NCBI GenBank assembly: GCA_963422645.2
Contig: CAXXVO010000004.1
Location: forward strand, 544,001 to 608,000
From: Alphaproteobacteria bacterium
GTDB taxonomy: Bacteria > Pseudomonadota > Alphaproteobacteria > UBA828
Length of the DNA: 64,000 nt
Reading direction: 5' to 3'
In this document: piece by piece, positions 1 through 10,126 of the stretch
Layout: each line of letters begins with the position of its first letter
Position numbering within the stretch: the stretch's first letter is position 1
The notes under the pieces: model-generated
Database searches by the model: none
Seen by the model: only the letters and a program-made list of their open reading frames with translations
Told to the model about the DNA's origin: nothing
Translations under genes and position numbers: made by a program

Positions 1-545
1 CTTCCGGTCTGCGAGAGGGGCACGTAGCCGAGTTCGTCGACGATCAGCAGGCTGGCCCTGGCGAGCTGGTCCTGGAGGCGGAGCAGCCTCTTCTCGTCAC
101 GCGCCTCGATCATCTCGTGGACCAGATGGGAGGCAGTGGTGAAGCGGACGGAGAGGCCCCTCTGGCAGGCGGCGAGGCCGAGGGCCAGAGCGATGTGCGT
201 CTTGCCCACGCCGCTCGGTCCGAGCAGGATCGCGTTCTCGCGGCGCTCGATGTAATCGCCGCGCGCGAGGTCCAGCACCAGCATCTTGTTGAGACTGGGG
301 ATGGCCTTGAAGTCGAAGCTCTCGAGCTGTTTGACGACGGGGAAGCGGGCCTGCCGGATGCGGCGCTCGACCAGGCGGCGCTCGCGGTCGATCATCTCCA
401 TCTCCACCAGCCGGGCGAGGAACTGCACATGATCCAGGTCCTCGGCCGCGCACTGTTGCGCGACCTTTTCGTATTCGCGCAGGAAGGTCGGCAGCTTCAG
501 CTTCTTCAGATGATGCTCGAGCAGGAGGCGGGGCGGCTCAGCCAT
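1..545 (-). CDS. istB: IS21-family helper ATPase IstB (3' end outside window)
   Basis: Manual translation from ATG at 545: MAEPPRLLLEHHLKKLKLPTFLREY...GPSGVGKTH (Walker A)...LLIVDELGY (Walker B). Confidence 0.93.
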   Translation of the reverse strand, partial: MAEPPRLLLEHHLKKLKLPTFLREYEKVAQQCAAEDLDHVQFLARLVEMEMIDRERRLVERRIRQARFPVVKQLESFDFKAIPSLNKMLVLDLARGDYIERRENAILLGPSGVGKTHIALALGLAACQRGLSVRFTTASHLVHEMIEARDEKRLLRLQDQLARASLLIVDELGYVPLSQTG

Positions 546-1917
546 GGCCGACCCCTCCGGCGAGCAGGGAGGCATAGTCGCCGGCCCGGGTGGCGGCGAC
601 GAAGGGCTGGCAGGTGGGGATAGCGCGACAGGTCGAGACGAACCGGGCGCTTCTCGATGCGCGCCAGCAGCAGGTGCTTGACGGCATCGAAGCCGATCAG
701 GCGGCGCTTCACCGCGTCCTGCACCGCGGCCGTCACCTGGCGTTCCGGGAAGTCCTCCAGCAGGCGCAGGGTCTGGATGTATTCCCGCTTGCCGCGTGGC
801 CCGAAGCGCGCCTCGAGCAGGCGGCGCAGCGTGTCGAAGGTCGGATCGAGCTTCCAACCCCGCAGCGGCGCCGCCTGATCCAGCGCGCCCGGCTTCTTCT
901 CCAGAAGCGAGAGATAGTGCAGCGGGTCGTAGACCACGTCGCCGCGGACATAGCTCCGTCGATGGCGGGCGACGATCTCGGCGCCGAGCGCGATCTCGAC
1001 CCGGTCGACATAGCCCTTGACCGTCACCTTCTTGTGGGCGTGCACCGCCGGCGCCAGCGTCGTCCACCAGCCGGTAGCGCACCAGCGCCGTCGAGGAGAC
1101 CCAGCCCGGCACATGCTCGCACGCCTCGAAGGGAACCGCCGGCAGATCGCGCAGGGCGTCGAGATCGGCGAGTAGCGCCGCCGCCCGCTCGCCCTGCTCC
1201 AGCGCGTCGAGCCGCTCCAGGCAGTGCGCCAGCAGCCGATCGTTCAGGGCGTCCAGATCGGGCACCTTAGGGATCGGCACCATGAACTTGCGCCGCGCCG
1301 TCTTCACCAGGGCCTCGACCTTGCCCTTGTCGTTGCCCTTGCCGGGCCGGCCGAAGCGGTCGCGGAACAGGTAGTGCGACTGCAGATGCGTGAACGCCCG
1401 CGTGCGCTGACGCGTGCCGTCGCCCAGGATCCGCGCCACCGCAAGCGTCGTGTTGTCATAGAGGATCGAGCGGGGAACCCCGCCGAGAAAGGCGAAGGCG
1501 CTGACATGGCCGTCGAGAAAGGCTTCCGTCGTCTCCCTCGGATATGCCTTCACGAACCACAGATCGGAATGCGGCAGGATCAGGCAGAAGAAGGCGACCT
1601 GGGCATGGCCCGGCGGGTGATGGAGCGGAACGAAAGCCTCGCGCGTCGACTGCCCACGGGCCCGGACATAATCCTTCACGATCGTATACCCGCCCGTGAA
1701 CCCGTGCTCGTCGCGCAGCCGCTCGAAAATCCGGTGCGCCGTGTGCCGCTGCTTGCCCGGCACCTCCGGATCGGCGTCCGCCTCCAGGATCGCGTCGACG
1801 ATGCCGGTGAACCCGTCCAGCTTGGGACGCCGCACCGGCTTCCTCCGCCGGTAGCCAGGCGGCGCCGAATAGCTCAGCATCTTCTTCACCGTCCGGCGGT
1901 CGATCCCGAACCGCCGA
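538..1917 (-). pseudogene. istA: Decayed IS21 transposase IstA (5' truncated, internal deletions, frameshifts)
   Basis: Fragments RRFGIDRRTVKKM, HTAHRIFERLRDEHGFTGGY, ILYDNT, KGNDKGKVE and YDPLHYLSLLEKKPGALDQAAPL lie in different frames directly upstream of istB. Confidence 0.85.
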
Positions 1918-1991
1918 CCTGAGCGCGCGCGGTCTTTCAGCGGGGATCGGGGCCTGATCCGCTCGGATTTGTTGAGGTTTTGGGGCGGGTG

Positions 1992-2026
1992 CCCCTCGGC
2001 GAACTTGCAAGAAGTTCGCCGGGGGG
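1992..2026. promoter_or_regulatory. 15-bp inverted repeat upstream of the Mu-like cassette
   Basis: cccctcggcgaactt-N5-aagttcgccgggggg, one mismatch that is G:U in RNA. Confidence 0.5.
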
Positions 2027-2069
2027 CTTTGTCTCGTGGTGACGGTCACAATCGCCAGAGACGGCCCCA

Positions 2070-2687
2070 ATGTCGCACAACATTTTCCGCCACTCCATGC
2101 TTTGCAACGCCCTGGTCTGGGCCTGGCTGCGCGAGGTCGATGAGGCCGAGGCGGCGCGCTGCCGCGAGGCGGGCTGCCGACACTGCCCCGGCAAGCTGCA
2201 CAGCGCGACGTATCCGCGCAAGCCGTACGGTCTGGCAGCCGAGTTGAGGGAAGAGGGCACGCGGCGGTTCAGCTTCTGCTGCGCGGATTGCCGCCTGCGA
2301 GCGACCCCACCATCGGTACGATTCTTCGGGCGCCGCTTTTATCTGGGCGCCCTGTTCGTTCTGTTGAGTGCACTGGTTCTGAGAGGCGGGGTGCGGTTGC
2401 AGACGATCAAGCGGAAGTGGGGGGTCTCGGTCGCCACACTGCGCCGCTGGCGGAAGTGGTGGCTGGAGGCGTTCCCGGCGACGGAGCCCTGGGGAGCGAA
2501 GCGTGGCGAACTGGTGATGCCACCCGAGGAGGTGCCGCTGCTCTTCGTGCTGCGGCAGATGCGGGGCGGACGCTTCGGTGAGCGTCTGTTCCTGAGCCTG
2601 ATCTGGTTCAAGCCGTGGACGGGCTATTGCGGGCTCGGCGATGGCTCGGCGCCGCCCGCAGAAAGTGTTCCTGTCACGCCCGGATAG
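2070..2687 (+). CDS. Cys-rich/HTH accessory protein of a Mu-like transposon cassette
   Basis: CRHC and CCADC Cys pairs, YPRKP and TPPSVRFFGRR motifs, HTH-like GVSVATLRRWRKWW; directly upstream of a DDE integrase. Confidence 0.75.
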   Translation: MSHNIFRHSMLCNALVWAWLREVDEAEAARCREAGCRHCPGKLHSATYPRKPYGLAAELREEGTRRFSFCCADCRLRATPPSVRFFGRRFYLGALFVLLSALVLRGGVRLQTIKRKWGVSVATLRRWRKWWLEAFPATEPWGAKRGELVMPPEEVPLLFVLRQMRGGRFGERLFLSLIWFKPWTGYCGLGDGSAPPAESVPVTPG

Positions 2688-2736
2688 GGCGTTCTACATG
2701 GGCATCTCTCCGATGCGGCGAGGGAGGGATGCCGGA

Positions 2737-4215
2737 ATGGACAAGGACGACGCAGGCGCCAGGCGCGAGAAGTGGGCCCGGCTGCGCTTTGCGGTGGTGG
2801 GGCCGCTTCTGGCTTCACCGCCGCCTGCAGGCCAGCTGGGGGCCGAGTTCGAGCGTCTGTCGCAGCGCGACTGGGAGCACCCGTCGGGCAAGGGGCCGGT
2901 GCGCTTTGCGGCCTCGACGATCGAGCGCTGGTACTACCGGGCGCGGGCAGAGGAGCAGGACCCGGTCAAGGCGCTGCGCCGGAAGCCTCGGACCGACGTC
3001 GGCCGCGAGCGGTCCATGTCGGCGGGGCTGATCGCGGCGCTGCGCGAGCAGTACCGGGTCCATCCCTCGTGGGCGGCGCAGCTCCACTACGAGACCCTCA
3101 AGGCTCATGTTGCGACCCATCCCGAGCTCGGCCCGATGCCGTCCTACGCGACGCTGACGCGGGCGATGCGCAATCGCGGCCTGGTGCGCGAGCGCCCCAG
3201 GAAGTGGCACGAGGGTGAGGACAAGCCGGCGGTCGAAGCCCGCGAGGTCCTTAGCTACGAGGTGTCTCGCAGTCACGCGCTGTGGCACGGGGACTTCCAC
3301 CACGGCAAGCGCCGCGTGCTGACGGCGTCGGGCGAATGGCAGACGCCCATCCTGCTCGGCTTCCTCGACGACCACTCCAGGCTTGGCTGCCACCTGCAGT
3401 GGTACCTGGAGGAGACCGCCGAGGTCTTCGTCCACGGGCTCTGTCAGGCCTTCATGAAGAGGGACTTGCCCAGGTCCCTGCTGACCGACAACGGCGGGCC
3501 GATGACGGCGGGCGAGGTCGAGGAGGGCTTGCACCGCCTCATCGGCATCGTGGGGGCCACGACACTCGCTTACAGCCCCCATCAAAATGGAAAAATCGAG
3601 TCGTTCTGGGGCACGGTCGAGGGCCGCCTGATGGCTCAGCTCGAAGGCGTCGACGCGCTCACCCTGAAGATGCTCAACGACGCCACCATAGCCTGGCTGG
3701 AGCAGGACTACCATCGGCGGGTGCACCGCGAGCTCGGCATGACGCCGCATGAACGCCTCGCCGGGAGCGTCAAGGCATCGAGGCCCTGCCCCGCCTCGGA
3801 CGAGCTCAAGGCGGCCTTCCGCATCGCCAGGAAGCGCACGCTCAGGCGCTCGGACGGCACCGTCTCGGTCGAGGGCATCCGCTACCAGGTGCCACAGCCG
3901 TGGCGCCACCTGAGGACGCTCTGGGTCCGCTATGCGCGCTGGGACCTCAGCGGCGTCGATCTGGTGGAAGGCCGAAGCGGCGAGCGGCTGTGCACGCTGT
4001 ACCCCCTCGACAAGCGCGGCAACGCCGATGGCGTCCGCCGTCCTGCGAGACCCGGCAGCGACCATGGCGGCGCCAGCGCGGGCGTCGGCGAACTTCCGCC
4101 GCTGCTCAAGGGCGTGCTCGACGCCCAGGCCGCAACAGGCCTGCCGCCGGCCTGGGTACCCCATAACAAGACGCCCGGTCCGGGCGAGGACGACGATCAG
4201 GGAGATCCGTCATGA
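2737..4215 (+). CDS. DDE integrase/transposase (rve core with Mu-like C-terminal domain)
   Basis: WHGDF / LTDNGG / NGKIESFW catalytic triad; RRSDGTVSVEGIRY C-terminal motif; SD gggaggg before ATG 2737. Confidence 0.9.
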   Translation: MDKDDAGARREKWARLRFAVVGPLLASPPPAGQLGAEFERLSQRDWEHPSGKGPVRFAASTIERWYYRARAEEQDPVKALRRKPRTDVGRERSMSAGLIAALREQYRVHPSWAAQLHYETLKAHVATHPELGPMPSYATLTRAMRNRGLVRERPRKWHEGEDKPAVEAREVLSYEVSRSHALWHGDFHHGKRRVLTASGEWQTPILLGFLDDHSRLGCHLQWYLEETAEVFVHGLCQAFMKRDLPRSLLTDNGGPMTAGEVEEGLHRLIGIVGATTLAYSPHQNGKIESFWGTVEGRLMAQLEGVDALTLKMLNDATIAWLEQDYHRRVHRELGMTPHERLAGSVKASRPCPASDELKAAFRIARKRTLRRSDGTVSVEGIRYQVPQPWRHLRTLWVRYARWDLSGVDLVEGRSGERLCTLYPLDKRGNADGVRRPARPGSDHGGASAGVGELPPLLKGVLDAQAATGLPPAWVPHNKTPGPGEDDDQGDPS

Positions 4216-4240
4216 ACCGCGAGCTGCTCACCTTCTACGG
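4212..4240 (+). pseudogene. N-terminal stub of a probable ExeA-type AAA ATPase, cut by IS21
   Basis: ATGA overlap with the integrase stop; MNRELLTFYG resembles the start of ATPases that follow such integrases; IS21 IR begins at 4241. Confidence 0.55.
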
Positions 4241-4442
4241 TGTCAATCGGCTTTCAATACTGACCCCCGATCGGCGTGCAAAATTGACCCCCCTGAGTGG
4301 CACGGCGGAGGTTGTCCCGGTAGCCAATAGGGGGGACCCGCGCGGCTTCGTGTGGCGCCCTGCGCTACGCGGAGCGAAGCCGCGTGGGGGGTCCCTGTTG
4401 GCCCACCGGGGCAACCGGGCCGCAAGGGAGGCCGGCGGCGGG

Positions 4443-5171
4443 TCAGGAGCGGTTCTTGAAGCGCCAGCTCTCGTTGCCGGTCTCGATGATCTCGCAATGA
4501 TGGGTGAGGCGATCGAGCAGCGCTGTGGTCATCTTGGGGTCACCGAAGACGGATGGCCATTCGCCGAAGGCGAGGTTTGTGGTGATGACGATCGAGGTGC
4601 GCTCGTAGAGCCGGCTCATCAGATGGAAGAGCAGCTGCCCACCGGCCTGGGCGAAGGGCAGGTAGCCGAGCTCGTCGAGGATGACGAAGTCGCGGCGGAC
4701 GAGCTGGTCTGCAGTGCGGCCCTGGCGTCCGGCGCGAAGCTCGGCCTCGAGGAGGTTGACCAGGTCGACGACGTTGTAGCACCGGCCGCGCGCGCCCTTG
4801 CGGATGCAGGACCGCGCGATGGCGACGGCGAGATGGGTCTTGCCGGTACCGGTGCCGCCGACCAGCACGATGTTGCGTTTGCCCTCGAGGAAGCCGCCGC
4901 CGGCGAGCTCCTGGATCAGGGGCTCGTTGACCGGCGAGGCGGCGAAGTCGAAGTCGGCCAGCTCCTTGACCGTCGGCAGCTTGGCGGAGGCCATCTGGTA
5001 CTTGATCGAGCGGGCCCTCTTGTCGGCGATCTCGACCTGCAGCAGCGTACCGATGATCTGTTGCACCGGATGGCGGCGCTTGAGCCCGTCGGCAAGGATG
5101 TCGTCGTAAGCGGCGCGCATACCTGCGAGCTTCAGCTGGGTCATCATCTCCAGCACATCATGACGCTCCAT
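4443..5171 (-). CDS. istB: IS21 ATPase IstB
   Basis: [35 protein letters not shown]. Confidence 0.96.
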   Translation of the reverse strand: MERHDVLEMMTQLKLAGMRAAYDDILADGLKRRHPVQQIIGTLLQVEIADKRARSIKYQMASAKLPTVKELADFDFAASPVNEPLIQELAGGGFLEGKRNIVLVGGTGTGKTHLAVAIARSCIRKGARGRCYNVVDLVNLLEAELRAGRQGRTADQLVRRDFVILDELGYLPFAQAGGQLLFHLMSRLYERTSIVITTNLAFGEWPSVFGDPKMTTALLDRLTHHCEIIETGNESWRFKNRS

Positions 5172-6672
5172 GACCGGCCTCCCTCAGGCTGTCGTAGCGC
5201 TGACAGTCGGCTACCGGCTTGTGGCGAAGCTGCAGGCCCTCGGGCGTCGGGATGATTGCCGGCGGTGCCGGCTGGCGCTGCCGGGCGAGGATGTTGAGCA
5301 CCACGTCGGCGCTGCAGGCACCGCAGTCGAGCGTCTCGGCACAGGCCGCCTCAACCGCCTCCAGTCCGTCCTCCAGCACCGCCGCGAGCACCTTGACGAA
5401 CTGCCGGTCGCCGTCGTCGTGGCCCGCGAGCCGGGTTCGCAGGCGGCCGAGCGCGTTGGGCAACTGCCAGTCCTTGAAGGGCGCGCCATTGCGTAGCGCG
5501 CCGGGCTTCCGCGTCAGGATCGGCACGTAATGCCACGGATCGTAGACGAACCGGCCGCGCCCGAAGCTGCGGGGGTGCTCGGCAACGGTCTCGCCGTCCT
5601 GGCGGATGACGATCCGATCGGCATAGGCCCGCACGTCCACCGGCCGGCCGACGGCGCGGGCCGCGACGCTGTACTGGTTGTTGTCGAAGCGCACCAGACA
5701 GGTCTTCGAGACCGACACCTCGCTGGCATGGAAGCCGTCGAAGGGGCCGCGATACGCCATCAGGAAGGGCTGCTCCTCCTCGAACACCTGCCACACCGTC
5801 TTGCCCGGGATTGTCGGATGCGGATGCTTCTTGGCGTCCTCGATGCACCGATCCATCAGCCACTCGTTGATCTCGGCGTAGGAGCGGCCCCGCGGGATGG
5901 GCACGAACAGGCGGCCGCGAAGGTCACCCACCTGCTTCTCGACCTGCCCCTTCTCCCAGCCAGCCCCTGGCGTGCACGCCACAGGCTCCACCAGATGGTG
6001 CGAGCACAGCTCCTGGAAGCGGCGGTTGTAGTCCCGCTTCTTGCCCACGAAGATCGTGCTCACCGCCGTCTTCATGTTGTCGTAGATGCCCCGCCGGCAG
6101 ACCCCGCCGAAGAAGCGGAAGGCACGCTCGTGCGCCTCGAAGACCATCTCCTGGCTCTCGCGGGGAAAGATCTGGACCAGATACATCCGGCTGTGGCACA
6201 GCCGCATGTGCGCCGCCTTCACCCTGGTCGTCGCGCCCGACAGACGCGCGTACTCGTGGCTCCAGTCGAACTGGTAGGCCTCGCCGGGATCGAAGATCAG
6301 CGGCACATAGGCCTGCGCCGGCGACAACAGCCGCCACCGGCGCCGCCAGGCCCTGGCATAGCGGCGAACCGCGTCATAGCCGCCCTTGTAGCCCAGCGAC
6401 ACAAGGTCTTCATGAATCCGCAGAAGAGACAGCCGATCCTTGCGTGCCTTCTTCTCGTTGGCCTTCAGCTGGCGCTCAAGCTCCTCCACCCACAGCCCAA
6501 GCTTCGGCATCGGCTGGATCTTGCGCTCGTAGCTGTGCGAGGTCGCATCGCCCCGCACCACCTTGCGTATCGTGTTCTTGGAAACCCTCAAATCCCGGGC
6601 GAGCTTCTTGATCGGAACGCCCTTCACCAGATGATCCCGACGGATCTTCGCGATCGTTTCCACAACCAGCAT
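5158..6672 (-). CDS. istA: IS21 transposase IstA
   Basis: N-terminal HTH; QFDW, YDNMKT, EKGQVE DDE motifs; overlaps istB. Confidence 0.96.
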   Translation of the reverse strand: MLVVETIAKIRRDHLVKGVPIKKLARDLRVSKNTIRKVVRGDATSHSYERKIQPMPKLGLWVEELERQLKANEKKARKDRLSLLRIHEDLVSLGYKGGYDAVRRYARAWRRRWRLLSPAQAYVPLIFDPGEAYQFDWSHEYARLSGATTRVKAAHMRLCHSRMYLVQIFPRESQEMVFEAHERAFRFFGGVCRRGIYDNMKTAVSTIFVGKKRDYNRRFQELCSHHLVEPVACTPGAGWEKGQVEKQVGDLRGRLFVPIPRGRSYAEINEWLMDRCIEDAKKHPHPTIPGKTVWQVFEEEQPFLMAYRGPFDGFHASEVSVSKTCLVRFDNNQYSVAARAVGRPVDVRAYADRIVIRQDGETVAEHPRSFGRGRFVYDPWHYVPILTRKPGALRNGAPFKDWQLPNALGRLRTRLAGHDDGDRQFVKVLAAVLEDGLEAVEAACAETLDCGACSADVVLNILARQRQPAPPAIIPTPEGLQLRHKPVADCQRYDSLREAGHGAS

Positions 6673-6792
6673 CTCCCCCACCACCCCGTCCGTCCAAACG
6701 ACGAGGTGTGTTCATGGACACAAATCCAAGGGGGTCAATTTTGGACGCCGATCACCCCCAATAGGGGGTCACTTTTCCACGCTTAACAACAG

Positions 6793-7851
6793 TCAGTGGG
6801 TGAAGCGCGATTCCGTATCTGCGGTGCCGAATTTGCGGCTGTCTTCGTCGCTCCACTCCTCGCCGGACGCCTGGCTCGCAAATTTCTCGATCATGTAGTC
6901 ACCGGCGACGATCGGCGGGTATTTAGCCGGCTGATCGGGCCCGTGGCAGGTCGGCAGGCACTCGATCAGCGCATCGTGGTTGGGCATGATGAAGTGGCAG
7001 GCGGAGAGGCGCTCCCCCGCCGCTTGCGGCGGGTTGACCACACGATGCCGTGTGGACTTCCAGCGGTCGTTCGTCCAGCGCATCAGGAAGTCGCCGATAT
7101 TGACCACGAACGACCCGGCGACGAAGGGTACGTCCACCCAGTTGCCGTCCGGGCCGCGCGCCTGCAGGCCGCCCGGCTTGTCCTCGATCAGGCAGATGGT
7201 GAGATTGTCATAGTCCGAATGCTCGCCGGCGCGGAGCTGACCCTCCTCGGGTTCCTCCCGCTGATCCGGATAGTTGAGCACGCGCAGGATGCTGAATCCC
7301 CGGTCGATTTTGTCCTCGAAATGGTCTTCGGGCAGATCGAAGGCGATCGCCGCGAGCCGGTGCAGGTGCTGGCTCAGCCGGTCCAGGGCCCTGATGTACG
7401 CCTCGCACGTGGGGCGGAGTGTCGCCGGGTTCTCAGGCCACATGTTGGACCTGTAGAGGGGTGCGGCCTCCTCGGTGCGGCAGGAGGGATGGTCCGGGAC
7501 CTCGAGCGGCCCGATCGAGAGGGATTCCTTCAGGTCGGGCGGCGTCTCCACACCGATCGTCGCCGAGAGCTGCTCCGTGCCGACCGGCTCGTAACCCCGG
7601 CTTCCCTTTTGCTCCTTCCGCTGCCTGATGGCGAGTTTCTCCTCGAGCGGCAGAGCGAAGAACGCCTTCGATTCACGTTGAACGCCCTTGACCAGCGCCG
7701 GTGCCACCCCGTGGCCGGAAATCAGGAAGAAACCGATACGCTCGCAGGCACGGCTCATCTCGTCCGCGACGCGCTTCTTGTCGGCGCGGCCGCCCGCGAA
7801 ATAGGGGCCTATGTCGATTAAGGGAATTTGGGAGAGGGGATTGGCCGGCAT
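6793..7851 (-). CDS. Isopenicillin N synthase-family 2OG-Fe(II) oxygenase
   Basis: IPLIDI...GFFLISGHGV N-domain; HSD...HRV...RLS iron and 2OG ligands. Confidence 0.92.
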   Translation of the reverse strand: MPANPLSQIPLIDIGPYFAGGRADKKRVADEMSRACERIGFFLISGHGVAPALVKGVQRESKAFFALPLEEKLAIRQRKEQKGSRGYEPVGTEQLSATIGVETPPDLKESLSIGPLEVPDHPSCRTEEAAPLYRSNMWPENPATLRPTCEAYIRALDRLSQHLHRLAAIAFDLPEDHFEDKIDRGFSILRVLNYPDQREEPEEGQLRAGEHSDYDNLTICLIEDKPGGLQARGPDGNWVDVPFVAGSFVVNIGDFLMRWTNDRWKSTRHRVVNPPQAAGERLSACHFIMPNHDALIECLPTCHGPDQPAKYPPIVAGDYMIEKFASQASGEEWSDEDSRKFGTADTESRFTH

Positions 7852-8005
7852 GGGAACTCCTCGCGCCGTGCTTCAAGCCTTCTACCGCACGTCCCGTCGC
7901 GTCCCTGCTGCCAAGGTGCGACCCGCGGGCGGCGTGGCGGCCATGGCAATACTACGCAGCCTAGCCCGGAATTCTCGCCACTGTCACGGCCTGCCTCCGG
8001 TTCCG

Positions 8006-10072
8006 CTACACGCCGATGTCGATCTCAAAGTCGCCGTAACGGTTGACGGTGAGCCGCTGATCCTTCCAGACGACCAGGGTCGAGCCCTCGGTCTCGACGA
8101 CCGCGGTGCCGGCAATGCGGTTACCGGGCTCGAGCCTCTCGCCGTCGAAGGTCTCGACCGGCTCGAACCGCCCTTCGTCTGGCAGGTAGGCGAGGCGGGA
8201 TCCCTTCGCCGCCGCCGAGGGATCCGGCCCGGCCGCCGGCAGCTCCTCCGGCATCACCGCATCGACCCGCCCGACCGCCTCCACCCGGCAGGACACGAAC
8301 TCCGCCGGATATCCCTCCATGCGGTAGTGGTAGAGCGCATCGTGGGCGTCCTCGAAGGCGGAGACGACGGTCGCGAGATGGGCCGCCGCCAAGGTCTCTG
8401 CCGAGGGCACCGGCGTCTCGATCTCGTAGACCTGACCGGAGTAGCGGACATCGATGAAGCGGCTCAGCGTCATGTCCTCAGGCGCGATTCTCTCGCCCTC
8501 CAGCGTGCGCGTGAGCGCGCGCTCCATCTCGTCATAGAGGGCGGAAAGCCTGGCGAGATCCGCCGCCTCGGCGGTGGTGTTGAAGGAGCGCACCAGATTG
8601 TGCGTCACGTCGGCCCGCATCAGGCCCGAGGCGCAGAGCACGCCGGGCCAGCGCGGCACGATGACGCGAGAAATGCCGAGCCTGCTCGCGAGCGTGCCGG
8701 CCTGCAGCGGCCCGGCGCCGCCGCCCACCAGCAGCGTGTAGGGGCGCGGGTCGATGCCGCGCTCGACCGAGAGGAGCCGCATGGCGCCCGCGAGCCGGCT
8801 GTTCATGATCTCGACGATGCGCGCGGCGGCACCGGTAAGATCGAGCCCGAGAGGCTCGGCAATCCGCTCCTGAATGGCCCGGTCGGCCAGCGCCGGCTGG
8901 AGGGCGGTGCGCCCGCCCAGGAAATAGTCCGGGTTGATGTAGCCGAGATGCACGAACGCATCGGTGAGCGTGGGCTCCGTTCCGCCCCGCCCGTAGCAGG
9001 CGGGACCAGGATTGGCGCCCGCGCTCTGCGGGCCGACGCGGAGCGCACCGCCCCCGTCCAGCCAGGCGATCGATCCGCCGCCGGCGCCGATGGTGTGAAC
9101 ATCGACCGAGGGAATGGCGATCGGTTCGTTCTCGAGGCGCTTTCCCCTGGTGATCGGGATCGAGCGGCCCGGCAGCACGCACACATCGAAGCTGGTGCCG
9201 CCGGTGTCGATCGTCATGACGTCCCGGCTGTCGGTCAGCTCGCCGTAATAGACACCGGCGAGGGCGCCGCCGGCCGGGCCGCTCGCCACCAGGGGGAGCG
9301 GGTTTCTCAAGATGGCGTCGATTGTCGCGTGACCGCCGTTGCACTGCATCACCAGCGGCTCGCCCTTGAGGCCGAGCTCGCTCATGCGGTCACGGAAGCT
9401 CTCCAGATGCTCGCGGGTCTCCACCATGATCCCGGCGCTGAGCACAGTGCAGAAAGTGCGCTCCCACTCGCGGATCACGGGCAGAATGTCGACGCTCGCG
9501 ACCACCGGAATGTCCTCGCCCAGTTCCTCGCGCGCGATTTCCTGGGCCCGCCGCTCGTGCTCGGGGTTGAGGAACGACCAGAGGAAGGCGATGGCGACCG
9601 CCTCGACCCCCTCATCGCGCAGCTGCCCGGCCGCCTGGCGGACGTCCTCCTCCTCCAGCGGAACGATCACGTCGCCGGCCTGATCGATCCGCTCGCGTAC
9701 GGGCCGCCGGAGATGGCGGTCCAGCAGCGACCAGGGCGGCGGCGTGCGAAGGTTCCAGCGGTCGGGCTTGTTGCCCTCGCGGAACCACAGGATGTCGCGA
9801 TGCCCGTGGGTGCAGAGCAATCCGGTCTTCGGCAGGCGACGCTGCACGAAGATGTTGGTGGCGGTCGTGGAGCCGTACACGAAGCGGTCGCAGGCGCCGA
9901 GCATTGCGGCGAGATCGGTTTCTAACTTGCCGGCCAGCATCTCGAGGCCGTGGATCACGCCGTCGGTCGGGTCCTCAGTGGTCGGCACCTTGGCCGATCT
10001 GACCGCGCGCCCGTCGGAAGCGACGCAATCCGTGTGGGTTCCGCCGATGTCGATGGCGGCGACATAGGCCAT
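8006..10072 (-). CDS. Hydantoinase/oxoprolinase subunit A (ATP-dependent)
   Basis: IDIGGTHTD, SGPAGG, DTGGTSFD, GAGGGS, GPQSAGANPGPACYGRGG. Confidence 0.93.
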   Translation of the reverse strand: MAYVAAIDIGGTHTDCVASDGRAVRSAKVPTTEDPTDGVIHGLEMLAGKLETDLAAMLGACDRFVYGSTTATNIFVQRRLPKTGLLCTHGHRDILWFREGNKPDRWNLRTPPPWSLLDRHLRRPVRERIDQAGDVIVPLEEEDVRQAAGQLRDEGVEAVAIAFLWSFLNPEHERRAQEIAREELGEDIPVVASVDILPVIREWERTFCTVLSAGIMVETREHLESFRDRMSELGLKGEPLVMQCNGGHATIDAILRNPLPLVASGPAGGALAGVYYGELTDSRDVMTIDTGGTSFDVCVLPGRSIPITRGKRLENEPIAIPSVDVHTIGAGGGSIAWLDGGGALRVGPQSAGANPGPACYGRGGTEPTLTDAFVHLGYINPDYFLGGRTALQPALADRAIQERIAEPLGLDLTGAAARIVEIMNSRLAGAMRLLSVERGIDPRPYTLLVGGGAGPLQAGTLASRLGISRVIVPRWPGVLCASGLMRADVTHNLVRSFNTTAEAADLARLSALYDEMERALTRTLEGERIAPEDMTLSRFIDVRYSGQVYEIETPVPSAETLAAAHLATVVSAFEDAHDALYHYRMEGYPAEFVSCRVEAVGRVDAVMPEELPAAGPDPSAAAKGSRLAYLPDEGRFEPVETFDGERLEPGNRIAGTAVVETEGSTLVVWKDQRLTVNRYGDFEIDIGV

Positions 10073-10126
10073 GGACGACTCCTGGTTCGTCGTGTGTGGC
10101 GGCGCGGGTCTAGTGGTGTGGATTCG

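Larger units (their letters stand above)
4241..6788 (-). mobile_element. Intact IS21-family element
   Basis: TGT...ACA termini; both ends share gatcggcgtncaaaattgaccccc and repeated tgacccc; contains istA-istB; no TSD seen. Confidence 0.92.

Noticed and set aside
4212-5255. 347-aa ORF after the integrase
   Set aside because: Only the first 10 codons look genuine; the rest reads through the IS21 end and antisense istB.
7811-9925. 704-aa plus-strand ORF and similar long antisense ORFs (e.g. 36755-38218, 54372-56297)
   Set aside because: Shadow ORFs opposite well-supported genes, expected in high-GC DNA; no recognisable motifs.
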